In this document: one piece after another, positions 36,834 through 45,093 of the stretch
Layout: every line of letters begins with the position of its first letter
How positions within the stretch are numbered: the first letter of the stretch is position 1
IMG/VR virus record: IMGVR_UViG_3300047195_000798
DNA: 64,000 bases
Origin: an uncultured virus (IMG/VR IMGVR_UViG_3300047195_000798)
Taxonomy: Duplodnaviria; Heunggongvirae; Uroviricota; Caudoviricetes
Direction: 5' to 3' (one strand)
The notes under the pieces: model-generated
Database searches by the model: none
Told to the model about the DNA's origin: nothing
The model's input: only the letters and a program-made list of their open reading frames with translations
Program-made: the position numbers and the translations under genes

Positions 36834-37985
36834 ATGCGCATAGCAGTGATACATCCGAACATAATGTGTGCCGGTGGCGCAGAGGTAACGGGGCTGATGG
36901 TCCTCGAATACTGCCAAGATCTAGGGGATGTATATTTCATTACGGACAACAAGGTCGATTTTAACGTACTGAATGAGAAGTTCAGCACACACATCGTATC
37001 GGGAAAGATTGTCGTAGAGCGCCCCTACCTGTGCCGTTTAATCGGAAAATTGGAGCCGCGCATCCATCTCTTCGCGAAGCTGCAGCTCACGCTCTTCAGC
37101 CGGTATGTGAAGAAGCACAAAGACGAATACGACCTGATTATATCGACGAAGCAGGAAGCGGACTTCGGAAAGCCCGGAATCCAGTTTCTGCACCACCCAC
37201 CAGATGGATACAAAATGAAATTCTATGATGGCATGTATCTGTGGGTACTTGCCCGCCTTGGAAGGAAGAGCGAGGGGATAGCACAGAACATAACGATATC
37301 TCCTTCAAAATATATCGATGAGATGTACCATAGCATCTACGGAGGTTTGCATCATCATATTGAATCATTTGTTCTTTATCCGGCAATCAGAAAATGTTCA
37401 ACGGAGGTCGATTGGGACAAACGAGAGAATGGATTCGTGATGACGGGAGCCATAGATAAACTGAAGAGGACCGACAAGGCGATAGAGGTGATGGACGGCA
37501 TCCATGAATCGACAGGGGCGCATCTGCACATCATTGGAAAGGGAACGGGAGACTACTATCGGATGGTGCAGAGGATGGCGAAGAATCGGGATTACGTACA
37601 TCTTGAAGGTTTCGTATCGACGGAGAGATATTTTGAGCTATTGACAGCACACAAGTACGGCATCCATATGAGGGAAAACGAACCATCTGCAGTGACGGTC
37701 CGGGAGCTTGTTGACTGTGGAATGATCGTCTTTGCCCACGAGTCTGGCGGGACGCCAGAGATATTAAATTACAATAAGCATCTATTGTTTAAGGATATTG
37801 CAGACGCGAACTATAAGATATTGAGGGTGATGTTGGAAGAATACAAACATACGACGCCCGGAGAAAGAATGGAAGAGAAGCTATTGAAGGAACTGAAGAT
37901 GATAAAATTCAATACGAGAGAAGACTGGAAGAAGGAATTTGAGAAGCTCCTATATGAGAAACTTTGGTGGCCCAAAGGTGAATGA
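36834..37985 (+). CDS. GT4-family (ALG11-like) glycosyltransferase
   Basis: IHPN...GGAE; YGIHMRENEP...HESGGTPEI. Confidence 0.85.
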   Translation: MRIAVIHPNIMCAGGAEVTGLMVLEYCQDLGDVYFITDNKVDFNVLNEKFSTHIVSGKIVVERPYLCRLIGKLEPRIHLFAKLQLTLFSRYVKKHKDEYDLIISTKQEADFGKPGIQFLHHPPDGYKMKFYDGMYLWVLARLGRKSEGIAQNITISPSKYIDEMYHSIYGGLHHHIESFVLYPAIRKCSTEVDWDKRENGFVMTGAIDKLKRTDKAIEVMDGIHESTGAHLHIIGKGTGDYYRMVQRMAKNRDYVHLEGFVSTERYFELLTAHKYGIHMRENEPSAVTVRELVDCGMIVFAHESGGTPEILNYNKHLLFKDIADANYKILRVMLEEYKHTTPGERMEEKLLKELKMIKFNTREDWKKEFEKLLYEKLWWPKGE

Positions 37986-38285
37986 ATGACTGAGAAGATG
38001 AAGTATTTCTTGTTTTGCGTAATAAGCTATTTTGGTATGGAACTCCTGACAATCATCATAGTCAATGCCGACATCGTTCTGATTGAAATGCTTACAATTG
38101 GTGGTATTGTGTTTTTAGCATATCTATGGGTTATCATTCCAAAAGAGGATACTGAAGAACCACCAGAAGAAGAACCGCCGGAATTGGAGTCGAGGGATGA
38201 GAAACGTCATGAAAGTGTCGAATTGAGGCCTCGTTACGAAAGAATTGAGCCAGGGCAGAAGAGACTCTCTAACCAGCTCTTTTGA
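37986..38285 (+). CDS. Two-TM small membrane protein
   Basis: Two hydrophobic segments, acidic tail. Confidence 0.6.
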   Translation: MTEKMKYFLFCVISYFGMELLTIIIVNADIVLIEMLTIGGIVFLAYLWVIIPKEDTEEPPEEEPPELESRDEKRHESVELRPRYERIEPGQKRLSNQLF

Positions 38286-38293
38286 CAACGCCA

Positions 38294-39802
38294 TCATTTT
38301 TTAATTTCATCTTTAACATATCGGAAAAGCTGTCTAACATTCAACATCTGCAGGATGAGTGTTATATCCTTTTTCGTGAACTCTTTCAATAATGTAAGAA
38401 GACCGATATATCCTGCAAAGTACAGCAAAGTGATAGCAACAAGAGAGTACCAGTTCACTATACTAAGGGCGGTGCTGAGACAATAGATGATGATGGCCAT
38501 GGATGCCGCAGAAGCAAAATGCACAAGCAGATGCTTGTTGAACTTTATCCCGGGGAGTGTTTTCTGTGATACTATCCTGCAGTAGAGCCATCCCGCGAAA
38601 GATGATGCGACCAAAGCGATGGCTGCACCGTATCCGCCAAGCCCCGGCAATGGTACACCAAAAAGCTTCTCAGGAACGAGAAGGATATTCAATCCTACGC
38701 ATATGCAGGCCGCCATAAACATTCTGTTTCTTATGGCCTCTGGATTATCAGAACCAAGAAGATGCCCAGCATATGGCTGCTCTATTGCAGCAAACAGCAA
38801 GTAAAGCGGGAGTATTTGCAGGATGATTGCAGCAGGCATCCAACCGGCGAGCATGATGTAGACGATGGGAGTTGCCAATGCCATCGTACCGAAGACCAAT
38901 GGAAAAGAGATCATGCCAAGGTATCGTTCTGATTCAGAGATGAGGCTGCGCATCCCATTAACATCGCCATTGGCATGAAGTGACGAGAGGGTAGGAAATA
39001 GAAGCGTCCCTAATGCACCAGTAAATATGCCGATGACACCGACGATTCGCAATGCAGCAGAGTAATAGCCGACATCGGCGGAACTGAAGCACAACTGTAT
39101 AATCACAGGACCAAAGCTGGATATTGCAACAGAGAAGATGCCGACAAACGCCATCGGATAGGCATAAGAGACATATAACTTGAAATATCGTTTTGACGGG
39201 CGCGTAAGTGCATGATTGCGAAAGAAGAAGAATCCCGAAAGAGAGAGTATTACAACTGATTCAGCTACGAAAACCAAGGCGAATGCAATGAGGCCAAGAT
39301 GCATCAGCCCGACATAGACAATTCCGATGAGTCGAGCGACAGTCCCAAGCAAAATTGCAATCTTGTATTTCGCCATTTCACGAAGTGCTGTAAACACTCC
39401 AAGAAACGGGCCAGCAAGTCCTTTTACCATCGTGCTGATCAGGATGACATAGATGATTAGCTCGTTCTCAGATGATTCAAATCCTTTGGTAAGCGCAAAC
39501 TTCCAAACGAAAACAGAAAGCAGAACGGAGACGATGCCTGCAACAGTAAGCAATACTTTTGCAGTAAAATAGACACTGGTGCACTGTGCCTGATTCTCTC
39601 CGGATGAAATGTACTTGACATGTGCAGAATCAAAACCAAGATCTCCGTAGATGGTCAATAGGGCGATATAGCCCGTGGCGAATGCAATGACTCCATATGC
39701 TCCTGGGCTCATATATCGTGCGATTATGTAAAGGGCGATATAGCTCAGGATGGCATTCGAAATGTCCGAAACAAGGATAAAGGTTGATTTTCTTGCAAGC
39801 AT
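38294..39802 (-). CDS. Wzx/MOP-family polysaccharide flippase
   Basis: About 14 TM segments; IARYMSPGAYG; GDLG; VGYYSAA; LFPTLS; GAAIA. Confidence 0.92.
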   Translation of the reverse strand: MLARKSTFILVSDISNAILSYIALYIIARYMSPGAYGVIAFATGYIALLTIYGDLGFDSAHVKYISSGENQAQCTSVYFTAKVLLTVAGIVSVLLSVFVWKFALTKGFESSENELIIYVILISTMVKGLAGPFLGVFTALREMAKYKIAILLGTVARLIGIVYVGLMHLGLIAFALVFVAESVVILSLSGFFFFRNHALTRPSKRYFKLYVSYAYPMAFVGIFSVAISSFGPVIIQLCFSSADVGYYSAALRIVGVIGIFTGALGTLLFPTLSSLHANGDVNGMRSLISESERYLGMISFPLVFGTMALATPIVYIMLAGWMPAAIILQILPLYLLFAAIEQPYAGHLLGSDNPEAIRNRMFMAACICVGLNILLVPEKLFGVPLPGLGGYGAAIALVASSFAGWLYCRIVSQKTLPGIKFNKHLLVHFASAASMAIIIYCLSTALSIVNWYSLVAITLLYFAGYIGLLTLLKEFTKKDITLILQMLNVRQLFRYVKDEIKK

Positions 39803-40639
39803 TCAAGACTTCCATTTTTCTAGTGAGAGGTTCGTAAGCCTTCCAAATTCTTCATTATATGGATTGAAATAATCCTCAAGATATTTTCTCGTCTTCGGAT
39901 TGATTTTGGGATATTCTCCTCTTTTGAAATTGAGCAACCTATCGACGGCATCATGAAATATCTTTATGTTCTCGAAACGCCTGGTGGACTTTGTCAGCCA
40001 TGTGCTACGGGGGCTTCCGCCAACGTTGAACTTCTTCAGCTCCCCAAATGAAAAATTATCATCAACATCCAGGAATCGCAGTATATTGTGCAATACGACA
40101 TGACTGATGTCTTCAAGGACGACATGGAACATCTGCGAATTGTCAAAGTATTCCCTCCAGCGTTTTATGTGTTCAGCATATCTTCCGATAGCAACATATG
40201 AGAACAGACCGGGTTCTTTGTCATAGAAGGATTGGACACGATCATCAAGAACGCGTTTGTCTCCAGTTATCTCCCTCTTCACAGCCTCTTCAAAAGACAT
40301 ATCTTCAACAGCTCTCCGAACGTTGTGCCAGTATTGGGAATAAGCCCTGTCGATGGGATTGCGATAGATGAATAACAGTTTCACATTCGGAATATGACTT
40401 TTGATTCGTTTTGGGATTTCAGGTTTATAGAAATAGCAAGGGGTTTTTTCACCGATGGCTTTCTGTCCAGACCATTTCTTAAAAAAGTCGGCATAATAAC
40501 TAATCTCGTTATAATGTTCGCAGAAGAAATGTGCTTCTCCATCCGGGATGAATATCTCGGGATGAACATCGATATAATGCTGCAATGATGATGTGCCTGC
40601 CTTGGGCGGTCCTGCGATGATGAACGTGGGCTTTATCAT
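39803..40639 (-). CDS. Sulfotransferase
   Basis: PAPS-binding IIAGPPKAGTSSL; GEKTPCY; RNPIDRAYSQYWH. Confidence 0.92.
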   Translation of the reverse strand: MIKPTFIIAGPPKAGTSSLQHYIDVHPEIFIPDGEAHFFCEHYNEISYYADFFKKWSGQKAIGEKTPCYFYKPEIPKRIKSHIPNVKLLFIYRNPIDRAYSQYWHNVRRAVEDMSFEEAVKREITGDKRVLDDRVQSFYDKEPGLFSYVAIGRYAEHIKRWREYFDNSQMFHVVLEDISHVVLHNILRFLDVDDNFSFGELKKFNVGGSPRSTWLTKSTRRFENIKIFHDAVDRLLNFKRGEYPKINPKTRKYLEDYFNPYNEEFGRLTNLSLEKWKS

Positions 40640-41268
40640 TCCTTTTTAACCACCCACCAATCAATCTTTCCACCGTGGAGTTCAAATCCCTTTTTATCGG
40701 CAAATTCGATTGCAGCTCTGCAGACGCCTTTGTTGGAACCATCGAAATCGTGCCCACCGATAACACCACCGTTCTTTACCTTTGGGTAATAGAGTTCGAT
40801 ATCCTCGACGACGTTCTCATAGGTGTGGTTACCGTCGATATAGACAAAGTCGACATCATCGGGAACTCTGTCAGCTGCCAATCCGGAATAGTCTTGTATC
40901 CAGGTGATTTTGTCTCCGAACCGTTTCATCCGCTTGTGTGCAGTCCGTTCGATGAACTTCGTGTCGGTGTTTGAGTTTGCAGCAGAACCCTCTTGATCAT
41001 ATTTCGTGTAGGGGTCGATACAGTATAGATGTTTGATGGGGAGCATTGTCATAATGTTGTAGGAGTTGCGAGCGACATGGACGCCAATCTCGACACCGAC
41101 TAGGGAACGTCCATTGAGATTGGTGCGGACGAAATGGGTCATGGACCGTTCTGCCATGCGGGGGAAGAACTTCTCCTTTGGCATCGTCACGAGATAGTAT
41201 TTCAGTTGTGCATAGATTGCATCGAAGTCGAGGGGGACGGTCGTCCCCGCCCAGTTTTGTATCTTCAT
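40636..41268 (-). CDS. Class I SAM methyltransferase (Methyltransf_24-like), paralog 4
   Basis: VEIGV; IDPY; DFVYIDGNH; GGVIGGHD; DWW; ATGA overlap with the SDR gene. Confidence 0.85.
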   Translation of the reverse strand: MKIQNWAGTTVPLDFDAIYAQLKYYLVTMPKEKFFPRMAERSMTHFVRTNLNGRSLVGVEIGVHVARNSYNIMTMLPIKHLYCIDPYTKYDQEGSAANSNTDTKFIERTAHKRMKRFGDKITWIQDYSGLAADRVPDDVDFVYIDGNHTYENVVEDIELYYPKVKNGGVIGGHDFDGSNKGVCRAAIEFADKKGFELHGGKIDWWVVKKE

Positions 41269-42011
41269 TCGACAACCCTCCGGAGCATGAACAGATTGGG
41301 ATTCTTGATATAGTTCGTCTCCCGATAATCGTCCCACTTCGCGCTGATGACCTTCCCATTGATCTTCTTGTTTGCTGTTGCCAGGAATGTAATGAGCTCG
41401 ATGACTTTGTCCGGTTTGTCGCCTTTCACCCAGCGTTGCCGTGCCATGTCTGTGTCGATGGCGCCAGGGGACACTGCATTGATGGTGATGTCGAAAAAGC
41501 AGAGCTCTTTGGACATTGCTTCGGTAAATCCAGCGACAGCGAACTTGGATGTCGTATAAGATGAAAAGCCCGGGCCGATGTCATTGCCTCCGACACCGCC
41601 GCCACAGAAAGTGACGATGCGCCCGTAGTTCTGGGCACGCATGATGGGGATGGCCTCATGGACGCAATTGACGGTACCTATAAGATTGACATCGATGGCA
41701 TCTTTCCACTCCACCAGAGAATTATCCTCAAGGTGTCCGTGCGGTCCGAGGATGCCTGCGCAATTGACAAGGACGTCGATACGGCCAAAACGCTTCATGA
41801 CGGCCCCGAAGAGCTTCTTGACATGGTCGGGACATCTGACATCGCAGAACACGGCAAAACAGCCAGTGGCTGTAACGACATTATCAATCTCATCTTTCGT
41901 CTTTGCACATATCGCAACGCGGTATCCAAGTTCGGTGAATTTGATTGCAGCTGCTTTCCCTATCCCTTTACTTCCTCCGGTTATTAAAACTACTTTATCC
42001 ATTTGTTTCAT
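41265..42011 (-). CDS. Short-chain dehydrogenase/reductase
   Basis: TGGSKGIG; NCAG; YTTSK; VSPG. Confidence 0.92.
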   Translation of the reverse strand: MKQMDKVVLITGGSKGIGKAAAIKFTELGYRVAICAKTKDEIDNVVTATGCFAVFCDVRCPDHVKKLFGAVMKRFGRIDVLVNCAGILGPHGHLEDNSLVEWKDAIDVNLIGTVNCVHEAIPIMRAQNYGRIVTFCGGGVGGNDIGPGFSSYTTSKFAVAGFTEAMSKELCFFDITINAVSPGAIDTDMARQRWVKGDKPDKVIELITFLATANKKINGKVISAKWDDYRETNYIKNPNLFMLRRVVE

Positions 42012-43332
42012 CTCCTATTTGGTGACCTACGCCAATCTCATAATGTTTGATGTGTTCTGGCAGGATCCCCTTCGTATCCAAGATGACCGTTGGATTGAGG
42101 GAAGCATAATCGATATTCTTCCAGCCCTCCCAATCGGTCATTATCACGATGGCATCGGAATTTTTTGCATCATTGATATCATCGATGATACCAGCGATGC
42201 CCGTTTTGACAAGCGGGTCGAACACCTTGATGGTGACGCCGCTGTGTTTTAGCATCTCCATCTCTTTCAATGTAGGGGAATCGCGCAACGTGTCGGTGCC
42301 AGCTTTGTATGTGGCACCAAAGAAAGTGATGGTCTTTCCCTTCAAGTTCGGATCCCATTTCACACCCAGTAACTGTTTAAGCCGGTTCTTGATGTAATTT
42401 CTTCTATGAAGATTGACAGACTCAACAGCATCGAGCACCGGGGTAGAGCCAAGGGCGATGATTGCAGCAAGGTCCCGTCCGATGGTGCCGCCACTGAATC
42501 CAGTGCCTGGACGAATCGGTGCATGCGGGCTCACTCGCTTATCCAATTTCAATGTCGACATGACCGTTCTTGCATCGACCGCATATCTCTCGCAGAGATT
42601 CGATATCTCGCCAGAGAACGATATCATAGTCGCAAGATAACAGTTCATCGTAAGTTTGATCATCTCTGCTTCTCGAAGACCGGTAAATACTCTGGTCGCC
42701 TGGATCGGTGAAAACAGTTCATCGATGCGTTCTTTGAGAGCGGGGGATGAAAGACCGAATACCATCCATCCCGGAGCTAAGAAGTTTGTGATGGCGGTTC
42801 CGAGTCTGAGATTTTCAGGGAAATAGCAGACCTCGCATTCTAATGCTTTCTTTAATCTGTCGCAGAACCCAAGGATGACTTGACTTCTTATAATGATCGT
42901 CTTTCCCTTTACAAAAGGCTTGAGCTCTTTGGTGAGCTTGTTGAGCAATGATTCGATGCCGATTCTTGTGCCGTCGGTCCCTTTCTCTTCTATATCATAT
43001 GTGATGAATATGTAATCGTAGTCCGAAGCATCGGAGATGTCTTTCGTGAGTATTATGTCGTCGGTGAAAAACTCCCGCAACCCTTCCTCGTGCACAGGCA
43101 GTTTACCCGCAGAGATGTCATCGATGACGTTCGGGTTGAAATCGAAGCATGCGACGTTATTGCCAAAATATTTCATGCATGCTGCATTGACGCAACCAAG
43201 GTGCCACATGCCTATCATGAATATTTTATTTTTTTTCATTTCAATTGATAATACTTCTTCTAGTGCGCACCGCGGACAATAGGGTCCAAGGCTTGTTTTT
43301 CGCATTTCACATCCGTGTGTATCACATTTCAT
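41995..43332 (-). CDS. UDP-glucose/GDP-mannose dehydrogenase-family protein (Cys-less variant) with N-terminal zinc-ribbon extension
   Basis: IGMWHLG; PENLRLG; AEMIKLTMN; PGTGFSGGTIGRD; YKAGTDTLRDSP. Confidence 0.88.
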   Translation of the reverse strand: MKCDTHGCEMRKTSLGPYCPRCALEEVLSIEMKKNKIFMIGMWHLGCVNAACMKYFGNNVACFDFNPNVIDDISAGKLPVHEEGLREFFTDDIILTKDISDASDYDYIFITYDIEEKGTDGTRIGIESLLNKLTKELKPFVKGKTIIIRSQVILGFCDRLKKALECEVCYFPENLRLGTAITNFLAPGWMVFGLSSPALKERIDELFSPIQATRVFTGLREAEMIKLTMNCYLATMISFSGEISNLCERYAVDARTVMSTLKLDKRVSPHAPIRPGTGFSGGTIGRDLAAIIALGSTPVLDAVESVNLHRRNYIKNRLKQLLGVKWDPNLKGKTITFFGATYKAGTDTLRDSPTLKEMEMLKHSGVTIKVFDPLVKTGIAGIIDDINDAKNSDAIVIMTDWEGWKNIDYASLNPTVILDTKGILPEHIKHYEIGVGHQIGDETNG

Positions 43333-44195
43333 AAATAGTCCTCCGGTAGCTTATAGGTGCATTCGGGGATATCAGTGCATATCTCATCTCCCCTGTCGCC
43401 CATTGATGAAAGTTCTTTGTAGAACGGTGCATCCCAGTCTGCCTTTTCATTCTTTGCATATTTATTCTTCCAATCCTTGAGAAACTTCATATGAAGGAAG
43501 GCCGGCTCTTGCATCTTAATGTCCGTTCTTACGAAGAAGTTGACGATGCGTTGCATCTGTAGATTGGGAAATTCCTTCCACCGATTCAGATAAAAAAGTT
43601 GCTTGAGACCCTGGTAGTTGAGTCCTTCCATCAGTGGCATCTGATAGTAGAATATGTGCTTGTCTATTTTGTGGATGCGCGGCTCGGGGCCTGCAAACGG
43701 GTGATGCTTAGACATATATTTGAAATCGGGAGTAACAACATCGTATCCTTTGAATCTGACGATGTTCTTGCGCAGGATGAGGTCCCTGTTCTTCTTGAAC
43801 GAGGGCAGCATGATCATGTCTCCATCCCATCGGCAGACATGAGAATAAATCGTCTTGCTAACACTCCAATTCGTATAATGAGCAAAGCTGTGGACTGAAT
43901 TCATCGGACAGTTATCATATCCGTGTCCAAACGGTTTCAGTTCAAAAGGGTAGTCGAATATCTTTATCTTTGGGGATCTGAATTCTTTGAGAATCTCTTT
44001 CGTTCTGTCGATGTTGTCCAGCGTCACGACTATCTCGTCGAAGAAGTCCAGGATGCTCTCGATGGTGGGTCCTATCCATCGCTCTTCTCCCTTCGTCCGT
44101 ATGTACGCCGAGATCCCTTTAAGTCTATGTTCATGCCAATCTGGCGCGATATTGAATTCACTATGTCCTTCGATATTCCTAAGAGGCATTTCCAT
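43329..44195 (-). CDS. GT-A fold glycosyltransferase, CgtA-like, paralog 3
   Basis: GISAYIRTKGEERWIGP; NWSVSKT; RWDGD; GGAGGA RBS before ATG 44195. Confidence 0.75.
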   Translation of the reverse strand: MEMPLRNIEGHSEFNIAPDWHEHRLKGISAYIRTKGEERWIGPTIESILDFFDEIVVTLDNIDRTKEILKEFRSPKIKIFDYPFELKPFGHGYDNCPMNSVHSFAHYTNWSVSKTIYSHVCRWDGDMIMLPSFKKNRDLILRKNIVRFKGYDVVTPDFKYMSKHHPFAGPEPRIHKIDKHIFYYQMPLMEGLNYQGLKQLFYLNRWKEFPNLQMQRIVNFFVRTDIKMQEPAFLHMKFLKDWKNKYAKNEKADWDAPFYKELSSMGDRGDEICTDIPECTYKLPEDYL

Positions 44196-45093
44196 TGAGA
44201 TATTCCTCCGGTAGTTTGAAGACAAAGAACGGAACTTCGATCGGCATCTTCTTGCCCTTCTCGGAACCAGGATCTACAGCATGTTCACTGATATCAGAAA
44301 CATATTTCCCCTTCCAATCCTTGAGATACTTGACATGCAGATAGACGGGTTCTGTGAATGCGAAGTCTCTTCGTGCAATGAGATTGTAGAGGTGTTGCGC
44401 CTGTGAGTTCAGATGTTTTTTCCAGATGCGCAGATCAAGGAGTTCGACGGGCTTTCCATAGTAATTGAAACGGTCCATGATGGCATTGAAAAAGTATTTG
44501 CCCGGGTTCTGCTTATCCTTCAAATATAGTTTTTTATTCCATTCATAGAAGAGATGTTCGTTCACCCGGTAAATCCGAACATCTGCAAGAGAACGGATGA
44601 GGCGACTGTCCGATCGGTCGGACTTCGAGATGTATTTGAAATCAGGGGTCGCGACATCATATCCAGCAAATCTGACGATGTTCTTGCGCAGGATGAGGTC
44701 CCTGTTCTTCTTGAACGAGGGCAGCATGATCATGTCGGCATCCCAATGGCAGACATGGGTATACATCGTCTTGCTGACCGTCCAGTTGGTGTAGTAGGCG
44801 CCAGAGGATACAGAATCTTCCGGGGCAGCAGCATCGAGCTTGAAAGGATAATAGAACATCTTGATCTTCGAGGATCCAAAACTGTTGAGGATGCTCTTCG
44901 TCCTGTCGACTGTCGCTTTGTCGATGGTGACGATTATCTCATCAAAGAAATCGAGGATGCTTTCGACACAGGGTCCAATCCAGCGTTCATCTCCTTTTGT
45001 ACGGATGAAAGCCGAGATGCCTGGTAGCCTTCCAAAATACCAGTCATCCGGGATGTCGTACTGACGATATCCTTCCTGATTATGAAGCGGCAT
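44179..45093 (-). CDS. GT-A fold glycosyltransferase, CgtA-like, paralog 4
   Basis: GISAFIRTKGDERWIGP; NWTVSKT; HWDAD. Confidence 0.75.
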   Translation of the reverse strand: MPLHNQEGYRQYDIPDDWYFGRLPGISAFIRTKGDERWIGPCVESILDFFDEIIVTIDKATVDRTKSILNSFGSSKIKMFYYPFKLDAAAPEDSVSSGAYYTNWTVSKTMYTHVCHWDADMIMLPSFKKNRDLILRKNIVRFAGYDVATPDFKYISKSDRSDSRLIRSLADVRIYRVNEHLFYEWNKKLYLKDKQNPGKYFFNAIMDRFNYYGKPVELLDLRIWKKHLNSQAQHLYNLIARRDFAFTEPVYLHVKYLKDWKGKYVSDISEHAVDPGSEKGKKMPIEVPFFVFKLPEEYLNGNAS

